DNA of 62,613 nt, filler included, from Choristocarpus tenellus KU-1152 (taxonomy: Eukaryota > Protista > Phaeophyceae): assembly GCA_964200185.2 (NCBI GenBank). It is 11 parts of 11 records of this genome, joined end to end, with 100 filler letters (N's around TTAATTAATTAA, not from the genome) between each part and the next. Parts side by side here need not be neighbours in the genome. Positions count along the whole stretch, not along the records: positions 34,476 to 50,335 come from CAXNAD020000917.1; positions 50,436 to 54,116 come from CAXNAD020018544.1; 9 more parts are not named here. One strand, given 5' to 3'. The first letter of the stretch is position 1. Each line of letters starts with the position of its first letter. Below, one piece after another: positions 41,493-53,369 of this stretch. Under the pieces are notes generated by a model. The model saw only the letters and a list, made by a program, of their open reading frames with translations. It was not told the DNA's origin and made no database searches. Both the position numbers and the translations under genes were made by a program.

Positions 41493-42714
41493 CTGCTGGG
41501 AGCGATCACGGTTGAAAGAGATTAGGATATATATATATACTTTTGTGGTTGGAATATCGCAAGATGGAGTCTCAAAATCTAAGTGAGACAGACAGAGATG
41601 TTGATCTTGATTAGCAACTATATAAAAGTGTAATACACAGAGTAAATTTGCGGCACTCGGATATTTTACTGATGAATATCACCTAGGGGTTATGTACTTC
41701 TCCCAAGCACCGTGCCCAATCTGATCTACAACCAGTGCGACACCTCTACCTCGCATGATAGCATTTTGTGGATTCGTGAATCTAATAATACATGGTATTT
41801 ACAGCACCTATCAGTCAACACCTGAAAAACTACAGTAGTGCAGAGAAAAAGGATGGAAAAGTGGAGCTGCAAGTGCTAGATAGTCAGCTCCAGATTGTTC
41901 GGGGGATCAAGGTGTGTGAAGGGGGATGAATAGTGGATTATAGGTAAGGTTTTCATGGGCTAAGTAAGAAAAGGCGTGTATGGAGAGTATTTAAAAAGAT
42001 TCTTAGTATATTTGTTCTTTCTATTACTACGTACATATTTATCATAGAATATTTCATATACTACATAGTAGGTATTTATCTGTTACCTTCAATAAGGTGT
42101 TTTTGAATACTAGAATAGTTATGTTATTATTTTAGAATCTTGTTTGGAATACAGGTCATAATTATATAGTACATAGAATTGAAATACTTAGATTTATAGG
42201 ATGTATATGAATTGATTTCGCACGTTGTAGTTCAAAATGTATCACGACTTTGTGTACATATCTAAACATGAGTTGGTGGGTATTTGTCCTGCAACACTAA
42301 TGCTTCACCTCCTATACTGTTCGAACTATCCCCTCCACTTCCCTCACTTTCATCCAACAATTTTGTGGTAAACATCATAATGTGCTTTGTTGAGGGGATG
42401 GTTCACTCAAAATGTCATTTTAAATAGTTCCAGAGGTTGCTACCGAATATCACCCGCCAACAATACCAAGTGCAATCCACATGTATGATTGGCTGCACCA
42501 AGTTAGAATCTAACGTAATCTCCAGATTCGGTAGTTGACTCCACTGATCATGTCCAGGTCACCTCAAGGTGGTCGTCGTACGTCCGACATTTGACCCCCA
42601 CTTGAAAAGGTTGAAAGACTCCAGCACCTCTATACATACGCTTCTAGCAAAGGGAATAAGACAAAACATGTTCCTCCTTACGTTAGATTCCACCTCTACC
42701 TGCACACATCCAAT

Positions 42715-42981
42715 GACATAATATCTTAGAGGGGTGTGTGTTTAGCCCAGGTTGCTCATTCGGGGTTTAATGGGGAGTTGTAAGATACCCCAGTTTGATG
42801 CCGCTTTGCGAGTGATTTTCCTTGGGATTTGGTTCAGGCAGGTGGATGGAAAAGGAAGTTGCTATCAGATCAAGAAAGTTGCCTTTACATCTGACACGTC
42901 CTCTCATATGACATGAAAACACTACAGGTTCACATTGGCCCCGAATGGATGCCTGACCCCCCCTCTAGGATACTATGGGTC
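42715..42981. mobile_element. MITE with family-A-like TIRs and a different interior, 267 bp
   Basis: GACATAATATCTTAGAGGGG...CATTCGGGG mirrored by CCCCGAATG...CCCCTCTAGGATACTATGGGTC. Flanks CAAT/AAAT. Confidence 0.75.
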
Positions 42982-44088
42982 AAATCCCTACTACTTCCAC
43001 CTATTTTCTGGAAGGAGCCAATGAATATATCCTCATCATCATCCCTCCTTGTTCAGTGGACTGTTGGAAGATGACCAGGTTTTACTTGCCTTGTTACATA
43101 GCATACGCTAAATAATATTGAACTAAAAAACCAGAAGGCAAAACTACCCTATTTGATTGTGTGATATGTAGTGGACCTTGGGATGAGGTCATCAAGGAAA
43201 AGGTAATGAGTGGCATGCTACAATAATGACTGTACTGAAAAAACAAACAACTTGATAGATGATGTAAGTTTTCCCATCCTGCTCCTCATATTAATGTGCT
43301 GTATGTAGTAATCATATCCTCAATAATCTTGTTCACTTCAGGGATCAATCCTCTGCCGCCTTCCCTCCTACTGAGGGATCTACACTCTACACTACTTAAA
43401 GCCACTGCTACCCCTATGCCCTATTCATCTTGATCGGGATTACTACTGCCATAAATATATTTGGGGTAGACAAACACCAGTCACACATTTCCTGTCATTA
43501 TTGCTCCATCGTGTGGAGCTCATCATCCTCTCCCCTCTTACCCCTCCACATGTTCCCATCATCGTCTCACAAAAAATGCCATGCGAAACAAACCAGATGT
43601 AGCAGTGAGAAAGGCATGCAACATCCCAACACACCCTGATGTTTGAAGACAGGTACCCCAAGGTAGTCATTACTTTGAGCATATTCTAAGTGCATAACGA
43701 AATATGCATGCAACCATTCTTCACAACAACCAAACAAGCACTAAAGGGATACAATCTAGGCACCAGTTGTTTGACCTCCCCACCAACAGCAGAGGGGGAG
43801 AAAAACCCCCTATTTCGTACTCTGCTCTAGTGCGGCAAAAACTATTAAAAAACTCTCCACTTAACCCCCCCGCCCACTACTCATACCTCCCTAACCCCCA
43901 CCTGCCAAAGGATCCAGAAAGACAAAAGAAAGGAATATTTGTGGCACAACAACCGACCACCAAAATCGCCCAACAGCCTTGGCTACCAACTTCCTTCAAA
44001 CAGACATTCATCAAGCAAGGAGATTTCTCACACCACAGCCCGCACAGAAATCCTCTAATGCTGTAAATCTCAGACTGTTAACTTCAAT

Positions 44089-47000
44089 CTAAGCTTCCTC
44101 ATTGGCTGTCCAGTATGGGCTCGACCCCTTTGCAGTCACTTCCTCCAACATGCTGTCCTCCTTATCTGTATTATCTGCCCAACACGACACAATGTTCGGG
44201 AGGTCATTCATGTTGCTGATCACCACCCTTGCCCCCCTCTCCATCAGGGCTTTGGCGTGTGGGGACTTCTTCTCCTGCTCAATGGGAAAGGAAGGACAAA
44301 CAACAGCAAGGAAATAGATAAAAATATCAAGATCAAAAGTGTTGGGTTGGTTTGGTTTGTGTGCAACATTTCATAGAAAAGAAGAATGAGCTACCAAATG
44401 GGGGGTTAGCCCGGGTTAGAGCTGTTGATGTGTGAGTGGTGAACGTTCAGAGACTTGGGAGGGGGTAGCCACCCCTTCTCAGGTGGTGTACAGATGTTCA
44501 GGGGTGGCATTGAAATAGCCAGACAGTCTCAACAACTGAACAAAAAAAGTGTACCACATTTTATAACTCAACACCATTAAACACTATGAAGTATAGGGTG
44601 TGCCGCCATAGTATACATTACAGCTCTGCTGTCTGTTGTAGACCCTCTACAACCCGTGTGCACAGTACGACAGCATTTGCAGCAACAATTCCAATCCAGT
44701 GATCGTCGTGTTTTGTCTTCTTGATCACAGACTCCTTCAACTTAGTGAGGACTGAGTGAGAACCCGTGCACATTAGTTTGTTGGCACTTTCATGATACCA
44801 ACACCGGTAGACAGTAGATAACAAGGCAAACAAGGGAGGGCGCTGCAATATCTAGTACAAAGTAAACCTTACAAAAAAAATCTCCAAAGCACTATAACTC
44901 ACACAAAAAAGCAAGTATGTCTTCCCAAAAGAAGACCTAACGCCATTTAGTGTCCTCCAAGCGAACTGCACCAACCCCCTCCCAATCTATCTATTACCTC
45001 TTTGATGTGACTGGCTCCAACATAGCCGACAATAAGCCCGACCTCTGCATTGGCCGCTGAGCCCACCCCAGACAGACTGTCTTCCACTGCAACACACATC
45101 TTTGGGTCTGCACCTTCATGGCTTGCCGCCTTTCATTTCAGCCCCCCCCCGCCACACATCGAAAACAAAATTCAACAGTGCAGTCCAAGATCACAGGTCA
45201 TACAATACCGCAGATATGAAGCAGTTAGAATGCTGAGAGTGAGGTGTTTACGGGTAACGCCATTTTGTTTGCCTTGATGTGTGTGTGTGTGTTGATCAAG
45301 TGTTAGGGAATTGTGCTAAATAAAGATAGAGGCTGGTAGAAGACCAGTGCACGGCAAGAAGAGGTTTGAAAGAGTCTGGATTTAGGAGGGCAAAGCAAGG
45401 TACGCTTTCATTTTGGTACATCCTGATCGAAAAATTGGTCGATTTACTATTGGTAGACAGGCAGATATGATGTACGATAGCATCTTGACTCAGCAACTGC
45501 GATGTGAAATGCCATGTTGAAGCTTGTCTTTTCCCTTCAAACTTCATCCACTTGGGAAAGCTTCTGGTATCTGAGCGTCTAGGTTGCAACTTCTAGACAT
45601 TTAATTGTTGAAAACAGTGTGTGTAACACATTAACCAATGGTTCAGGGAAATAATGAAGATGAGGAGCAAGTACAATTTGATCTTGGTAAGATTCTATAC
45701 AGACGCAGGCTCCTCTAGGAAGACCCTGTAAGTTTGCAACAATCAGTGTTGAAATAGAATAGGAAGGACCTGTCCAATGTCATCCCCGATCCAACCCTTT
45801 CCCTTGTCACAAGGGAAGATATCACAGCAAAACAGCATGAAATCTGGTTCAGAAAGGGCAGTCGACAAATGAACTGTGATGCATCTACCACTAGTGTACT
45901 GAGGGTGCAAGAAATGATATCTCTTTTCAAAGACCACATTCAAGATTGGGTGTAATATTCTCAGAAAGGTTTGTGGAGGTACCCTTTTCACCTGCCCTTA
46001 TAAACAAAATCCACCACAACTATGTACAAATACTCTCAACTCTTCCCCCCCCCACCAAGAAAAAAAAATTACTCTAAAATGCTATCAAAAACTCAGAAGT
46101 TAATAAGCATCATCTTCTCCCACAATCTGAGGACCTTAATCTTAACACCATGTAGTCTCTCTCTCTCTATATATATCATTTATCGTTGCTTGTTCTCCCC
46201 CTCCACATCAAAAATACCTTGAGGTATACAGAAGGATCTGGCTTGAACCGGGGAGGATCGAAATCGCTCTCGCCGGAGTGGATCTTTTCAAGGGGGAAGT
46301 ACTCATCCAACCCTGCAGCAGTCACAGAGGCAGGGACTCGAGGTTTGGGGCTGGTAGTTGCGATGGCAAAAGGAATGCCCTGAGAGCGGAGACTATCCAG
46401 GGTATTGACCATTCCCTGGTCAATAATTCCAGTCAGGCAGAGATGGGGAATGGGGAATAGGGATCAGAATCACATCATGGTTTTCTATTATATATCCAAT
46501 ATACCAACTTTGCTCAGAAGATTGAGTATGACAATGGGTCAAAGAAAGTCAAATTCTGCGCATGACACAAAACACCACAGAGGAAAAAAGAGATTCCTAG
46601 GTGGGGTTGAGTCCAAGGTCGCCTTGGTTATGGCTCTTGCCATCAGGGGATGAGGAGGTAGTGCATCACCATTTTTCGGCACTAGTGAAAACCTCACCAA
46701 CTAAAAGAGGTACAAAAGGTGAAGGGCACTTAACTTTCTACAAAAACTGTTGAAAAAAAGAGATTAGCTGAGAATTTGACTGTTTCCTTCCCTCTGACAG
46801 TCACCAGTGGGTCCTGCAATGGCTGGGTTGATAACTAGAATACTCATCAATTTCATTGAGATGGCCAGCTAAGTCCAGTCTACCACAGCCAAACCACAAC
46901 CCCTTAAACCCAACTCCCGAACATCCCCCCAGAAACCATTTCCCAGCCCTTGATCAAGGGATGTCAAACGCAGCACCCATTACACACAGCCCTTGCCTAC

Positions 47001-48588
47001 TGTACCTCCACAGGCCTGGCCACCACACTAAGGGCCTCCACTGTCTCCTCCTTCTGCTGAGTGAGGATGTCCTTAAGATCGTTTGATGCTCTCAGGGCTG
47101 ACAGCGACTTGAGTCCGTAAGCTGCGCGGCTCGCATCTACTACCTTCATCACCTATTGGCACATGTTCATATTCCGGGGAGGGTTAAGGAGAAGTGGGCG
47201 GAGTTGAGATGTTTGCATGCATGGTTTGATAGGGTCTTGTGTATGTTATGGGTAGGGGACCATAAAGCAGTTAGATTGGCCGCAGGTCTCTTTCTCACCC
47301 AACAAACAAAAGCTCAATGTCTCGGAACGCTCCATTTTTGGCCTTGGGGGGGAAAAGTATGGGTAGGTGAGGCGCATATCAACAGTGATGGCACCATTCG
47401 CCGAGAGATGGGTGTCCATGGGGGGAATAAACGGAACAGATCAAATCCGACACATAGGTATTCAGTACCCACAATACTACACTCCTTTGTCATCATTCTT
47501 ATCCTCACTCACAACACACCAACTACCTCATTCCCGGCCTACATATTATTTACAAAACTTGGCGAAAATTCCTCACCTCTGGGTTTTCACTGGCAGCTGC
47601 CCTAGCAGCAGCGATATCAGGCAGACCTGCCTTGGCCCGATCACCTTCGACCACCTCCAGCATGAATTCGAAGGCCTTGCCTGCGTTGTCACGTACGAAC
47701 TCCGACATGCTGGGAAGCTCTCCCCCGTCTGAGTATTTCCGTATGCCGGGGGGGTAATGATGAGGGTTAAGGGATAAGGATTGGAGGGATTGTCATAATC
47801 CGAAGCCTTTCACACAAACGACTTCAGCATGTCTATTATCCATCCTTTAAGAGAGGGGAGAACAGCTCAAGGCTAGGACTGTTCTTCCAAGCAGGGAAAT
47901 GCGAGCAACAAGTACCTTCACCCTATCAAAGAAGAGCACCGTGGAGCGCTAGACATCAATTTGTGTGATACACACATTATACTGCCAACTTCCCACAAAA
48001 GAGACTCGGAGCAACAACAAAGCAGAGAATAAATTGTGAGACCGAAGCATTGCAAGAGGTTAAAAAATGCGCACTACTCCTACCTATGCAGCCGAGTAAC
48101 TGAAGGAAATGCTATCGTGGCAAGGAGATTCATCTTCGCTCGGGGAAGATGCGAGGTAGTCAAGAGTAAGCACACATGCATGTATCGTATCCTTTCGGCA
48201 TTGCTGTGGATGGAACTATTTCTTACTCACCAGCAGCGGAGGGGAAATAAGGTCCAAGCTCCCAGTAGGCTACCTCCATCGCAGGAGTTTCAGTGTCACC
48301 AACAGTCCCGTCAAAATCGAAGAGCACCGCCACGAGGTTAGGGTCAACTGGTGAAGTACTCAAATCCCCTGCAACCATGGTGGGTGTCACCCCTCTACGC
48401 ATGGTGTTGCTGCGAGTAAGCCATCCCTCAGCAGAACCACGAGGCAATTCACCAAATTGTTGAGTCCGTGCCCGCACCCCTGCTGCAGATAGAGTCGAGC
48501 TAGTGTGCAGGAACGCGAAGGACTTTTGAGTGAGGCAGCAATAGATGGCGGCATGGACAGCCCCTGCCGCTGTCGCCTTTTGCAACAT
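44089..48588 (-). CDS. Plastid-targeted HAD-superfamily hydrolase (subfamily IA, CbbY/beta-PGM-like), complete, 390 aa. Exons 48588-48231, 47728-47577, 47152-47006, 46415-46218, 45129-44998, 44274-44089
   Basis: Motif I VLFDFDGTVGDTE, motif II AIATTS, motif III KPDPSVY and motif IV VAVEDSLSGV. Signal peptide ends SFA|FL (ASAFAP-like). Six exons sum to 1173 nt from ATG to TAG. Confidence 0.92.
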
Positions 48589-48924
48589 GATTATAGTTGC
48601 AAGCTGAGATCAATATCTAGACTACCTCACACGTTCAGGGACCTAGTAGATCACTGGCAACCTTCTGTCAGCGCCTACAGGTGACAATCTAACCTAATGG
48701 AAACTTTGACAACTCTTGGTGACGTGTTTGGTTGAAGTATTTTACTTCGTCAATTTTATTTTTTTTGATTCAAATCAAAAACGACCCTCGTCAGCCCCAA
48801 CTCATCTTGGATAGAATCTTCATCTATCGTGAGGGCTTCCAATCAGTTCGACGGGTCTTCTCAGCCCTCCCTCCGCCATCGCGGATAGGCGACTGTTACG
48901 TGCCCGGCTTGCCTGGGACGGCGC

Positions 48925-49856
48925 ATGCGTTGTGTCATGCATCACTCCTGTGGCCTCCTGCTATGTGTGGTGGCGTCGTGCCTGAGGCAGCTGCAGGCAT
49001 TTTCGCAAGGAGCATTCGTTCAACCCCACGTAGACTTGAGGGGTGAAAATCACCTCTTTGCCGCGACGGTCGATTGTGATCGACCTACGTTCGAGAGTAG
49101 ACACGCGTTTCGTACGGTGCGCCATAAAGATGCGTTCTTTGACCTGAATGCACTGGTCGAACGTCCTGCTTCGGGGAAGCGTCCTGGCGCATCCTGGCCT
49201 CATTCAGTGAAGGAACAGGAGGTAAGAGAGGAGACCGTGGTCAAAGATGAGCTTCTGAACCCTTGATTTGTACGTAGAAGATGGAATGGGCTCAGAGATA
49301 CTTCTGAATCCCTGTGTTGCATGTCACTGGAAAGTCTGTTTTGGTCACAACAAAGGCTTCCTATAAAACAGCAATTGGAGAGTGCGTTGTGTCATGTCCC
49401 TCGTTGACCATTGTTATTGTTGAGATGCTCGCTATTCCTCATCTATACAACTGTATTTTCTAGTGCACTCTCAGTTGTGAGATTCTCTACTATCCATCCA
49501 CGGTCGTGCCTTTTTAATTCTTGGTCAAGGAGCATTGCGTATGCGCGAGGTATCCAGATGTAGCTAGAATTTTGACGAGACTTCAGGTGTGGGAATGATG
49601 ATGTGTAATTCGTTCTTATATGGAGCACAATGAAAAAGAGACGAATATGTGTTGTTTCTAGCATTTGACCGTTTGACCTAGAGCGCTCCCTACCTAGACC
49701 ATACAAATCACGTGCGTACCTTCTACCTTCTGGACACCCAACTCTGACGAGCTCACCTTCCCATTCATGCCACCTGCCTGGGGGGTTCATTTTCTTTGAC
49801 TAGAACAACAATGGCGGGAACCTCCTCTTCGACAAGGCTGATTGGAATGCTTGCAT
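48925..49856 (+). CDS. Unknown protein with signal/plastid presequence; first exon 48925-49221 and probable second exon 49804-49856
   Basis: Hydrophobic leader GLLLCVVASCLRQLQA|FS, donor GTAAGA at 49222, acceptor TTGACTAG then NNNGGNLLFDKADWNAC, donor GTGAGA. Confidence 0.5.
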
Positions 49857-50256
49857 GTGAGAGACATTCTTCCTTGCCCCCTGGGCAAACCTTCCCCTTA
49901 ACGTGTGGCTTCCCCACTGATACTGCGCATTATACACTTTCTGTCTCTCAAGAGAGCTTTTACTACAACTACGTTTCCGCCGCATTCGTCAGTGTTGGGT
50001 TTGCCGGGTTTGCTTTTCTTAAGGAGATTTGCTGTGGTCAGCTGTGTGAGGGTTCTATGCATAGTTACATACGCACAACACACGTTCCCTCCCTCCGATA
50101 CAATATGCATGTGTCACGCCTACTCCTAATAAGTTCTCCCTGCGTTTGCAGAATGCTTCCTCTCAATTCACATTATCGAAGGGGTGCATCCAACCAACAG
50201 TGATATTCCCTTCCAGCAACTCCTTCTTCCTTCCGCTGGGTCGTTCACCTTCACTC

Positions 50257-50303
<47 letters not shown>

Positions 50304-52356
50304 TCCCCCCACCGCCACCCCGCCCACCCACCACCNNNNNNNNNNNNNNNNNNNNNNNNNNNNNNNNNNNNNNNNNNNNTTAATTAATTAANNNNNNNNN
50401 NNNNNNNNNNNNNNNNNNNNNNNNNNNNNNNNNNNTCACTGGCTCTCTACCATATATCATAATCCACTAGTGGTGTCTATAGTGTATCAGCAGCACTATC
50501 TACGAACAGGAGTTGCTGTGGAATGTGTGTCGGGTCTCCACTAGCTATTTTATCTGGGACCATCCAACTAGAGGGAGGGGGTATACACACTGACTGGCAT
50601 ACTTTGATCCTGGGAACTACTGAGTGGTAACCAACCTCGAACGCTTAAGTCTCGATTATCGGGTCCCGTATAGCAATCTTGCAGAGCTGACAGTATTCCT
50701 GAGAGTGTGGTATCAACTGTACCCTGAAGTAACATTTGTGCTACACCTAGACTCGGTTCATCATGTGAGGGGGGAGTATAATCTAGTTCTGAATTTACCA
50801 ACGGATAGAGAGAGCAAGGGGACAGTGTGGGGTGACCTGGGCTTAGGTCTGATGCACCTAAGTCCTGCAAACATACACCATCTAAGACAGGTCCTCGTGG
50901 TCCAGTGTAGTTCTTGCTACAAGCTACTGACGGATCATCAGGAAAAGAATCGTCGATATCCAAACCTGATCCTGTTGGTGAGGAGAGTCGTGACAGTCCA
51001 TCCGGTAGCTGGTGCTTCGAGCCTGCTCGCCACTTCAGTTCCATATCGTGATCCATAAGACGGAGAGTCCACCTGTGGAGCTTGGGACTAAGTTCACGAC
51101 TCTTGAAGAGCCAGGTCAGTGCAGAGCAGTCAGTGACTAGGGTGAATTTCCTACCCCAAATGTAGGAGTGGAAGTGTTCTACAGCCCACAAGATTGCCAT
51201 GCATTCCCTTTCAGTGGGTGCTCTCCTACCGTCTGTTTTAGACCATCTATGGCTAGCATATGCTATGGCATGTTCTTGGTCATCATCCTGTACCTGGGTC
51301 AGGGTTGCTCCAGCCCCTTCCTCACTAGCATCTGTATGGAGGAGGAACGGTTTGTCCCAGTCAGGAAAGACTAGGATTGGTGGAGAGACCAGACGCACCT
51401 TACGTTCTTCAAAGGCTTGCTGCTCCTCTGGTCCCTAAGGGATACTCTTCTTCCTGTCTCTTTTGGAAGCATGCCCTTTATTCCGGAGGATGTCAGTCAA
51501 AGGTGCAGCTACTTGGCCATAGTTCGGAAAAAACTGTCGCATGTGTCCTGTCAGGCCTAGGAAACTCCTTAACTGCTCAACTGTAGATGGGGGATCAAGT
51601 TTTGCTACTGCTATCATTTTTGATGGAGCAGGACTCAAGCCATCTCTACCTGCCTTCATTCCTACAAATTCTTGGGAGGGCACGCACCACAAGGATATGG
51701 GAAAGTTCACAGACAGACTGTATTGCTTGAGTCTGGTAAGAAGGAGGCGAAGTTTGGTCATGTGCTCATCAAATGATGAGCTATAGCAAAAAAGATCGTC
51801 TAGCCAGTTTTCTACACAGTTTCCTTTGAGATCTCCTCATGCCTCTCTCATTTAACTAGAGAATACTGCAGGTAAGATTTTCAACCCAAAGCCACACCTG
51901 TTATATTCCCAAAGTTGTCCATGAGCGTCACAGAAGGCTGTCTTATGTTTGTCTACCTCTGCGATTTCCAGTTGAAAGAATCCTGATGCTAGATCTATGG
52001 CAGTAACATAGCTAGAACCCTTAAGCTTATCAAAGCTGCTGGTGATGTTCCCCAGACCTCCACTATCACTACGTGAGAGATCATTAAGCATCCTACAGTC
52101 TGTGCATAACCTCAGGGTCCCATCATTCTTATGTACTGCTACTACCGCTGCTGCCCATGCTGAGGTGGAGGGTCTGATAATACCTCGTTCCTGCAACTGC
52201 TTAACCTCGGCCTGAATCATCTGTGTTTCCTCAGGATAAAAGAGCCTTTGTTTCGCTGCATAAGGTGAGCAGTTCTCGTCTAATAGTGGTATGTGTAGTA
52301 CTCCTCTAGAGCATGGGGGAACTCGTTTGGGGTCTTCAGGGAATACTCCTAAATTT

Positions 52357-52615
52357 GAGTCAAAGTATCTTAGAGGGTAGAGCCGCGTCCATTTGGGGGC
52401 CAAAATCCAATGTTGCATTTTTGATGTAATTTTGGCTATCATGTTTGTTAGGAGATGTCAATATCCTTGTTCCGCACACACCTTTCCATAATGTAAACAA
52501 TTTATCTACTCCGGAACATCTTGGAGTAGGTAAAATGTCATTAAAAACCCGTGGGAAGCCAAGCCCCAAATGGACTAACAGGGCAGAAATCGCACCCTCT
52601 AAGGTACTTTCACTC
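52357..52615. mobile_element. MITE family A, 259 bp, nested in Gypsy pol
   Basis: TIR GAGTCAAAGTATCTTAGAGGGT ... ACCCTCTAAGGTACTTTCACTC with TSD ATTT/ATTT. Removing it plus one TSD restores LLEEFRN-LGVFPEDPK. Confidence 0.95.
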
Positions 52616-52925
52616 ATTTCTAAATTCCTCCAACAACTCCACCAACTGTTTCTTCTGCCCTGGTGTCAGCTGTCCCATATTGGCATCGCTGAGGCTCACC
52701 GATTGATGACGGACCCCCTTGGTTTCACCTGAAGTCACAGAAGCCCTCAGACCCATGAAGACGACGAGCCCAAGGAGGGAATCCTGTAGACGACGAATGA
52801 AAACCACAAACCCTGGTGGAACAAGAAAATAATCCAGGTGGGTGTGGGAAGCTACAAAGAGTCCTAAGTGTTGAGGTGAACAAGGAGTAATCCCTCCAGT
52901 TTGAAGAGAGGCGGTAGGACCTCCA

Positions 52926-53369
52926 TGTTACAGGCGCCCCTCGGAACTCACCTCCACAGGATGTACAACTCAAATCCAATTAACAGATTAACGCACGTCA
53001 GCTCAGCAGAACAGTAGTACTCTCAGGTGAATCAAGTAGCACAAGGAAAGTGTGTATATCGATATCAGTAAGAGAGAACTGAATAGGTGGGTCCTGTAGG
53101 TCAGAAGGACTGAGCCGGTTGGAACCGTTTTTAGGATCTCTTACCATCATTTACCGTTGGGGCTTCTTCTGGTTTACAGACATTGGAAAATATCTGAGAA
53201 CCTTTGCGAACTTTCCTTCTGGGACCCTTTGCAACTTTCCCTAGTTACAGATTTTATTCTGCATCTTTTTGGAAAATCGGAATTCCTCCTTTTGGGGTTC
53301 ACCACGCGCATACACTGCTCGCGCCGGTTAAAGCACAGGAAGAAATACTCATGCTATTAGCCTGTAACA
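52926..53369 (-). repeat. LTR, 444 bp
   Basis: Termini TGTTACAGG...CCTGTAACA (9-bp inverted repeat) directly abut the PBS. Both ends are homologous to the LTRs at 60403-60950 and 61053-61514. Confidence 0.85.

Larger units (their letters stand above)
50436..53369 (-). mobile_element. Ty3/Gypsy LTR retrotransposon, decayed and 3'-truncated by the contig end: 5' LTR 53369-52926, PBS 52925-52912, RT and RNase H ~52700-50990
   Basis: RT motifs IIRPSTSAWAAAVVAV, DGTLRLCTDCRMLN, AIDLASGFFQL, KHKTAF, GFGLK and WLDD. RNase H motifs FLLHTDAS, ERECMAILWAVEHF and LVTDCSAL. RT precedes RNase H. One frame with 3 premature stops once the MITE is removed. Confidence 0.95.

Noticed and set aside
50146-50335. 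Poly-proline ORFs, and CVCVCV/HTHTHT ORFs elsewhere
   Set aside because: They are translations of poly-C and (TG)n microsatellites.
51852-52442. N-terminus MIAKITSKMQHWILAPKW... of the RT ORF, and similar ORFs at 4973-5323 and 52360-52732
   Set aside because: These frames start or lie inside the non-coding MITE. Their mutual similarity reflects the repeat.
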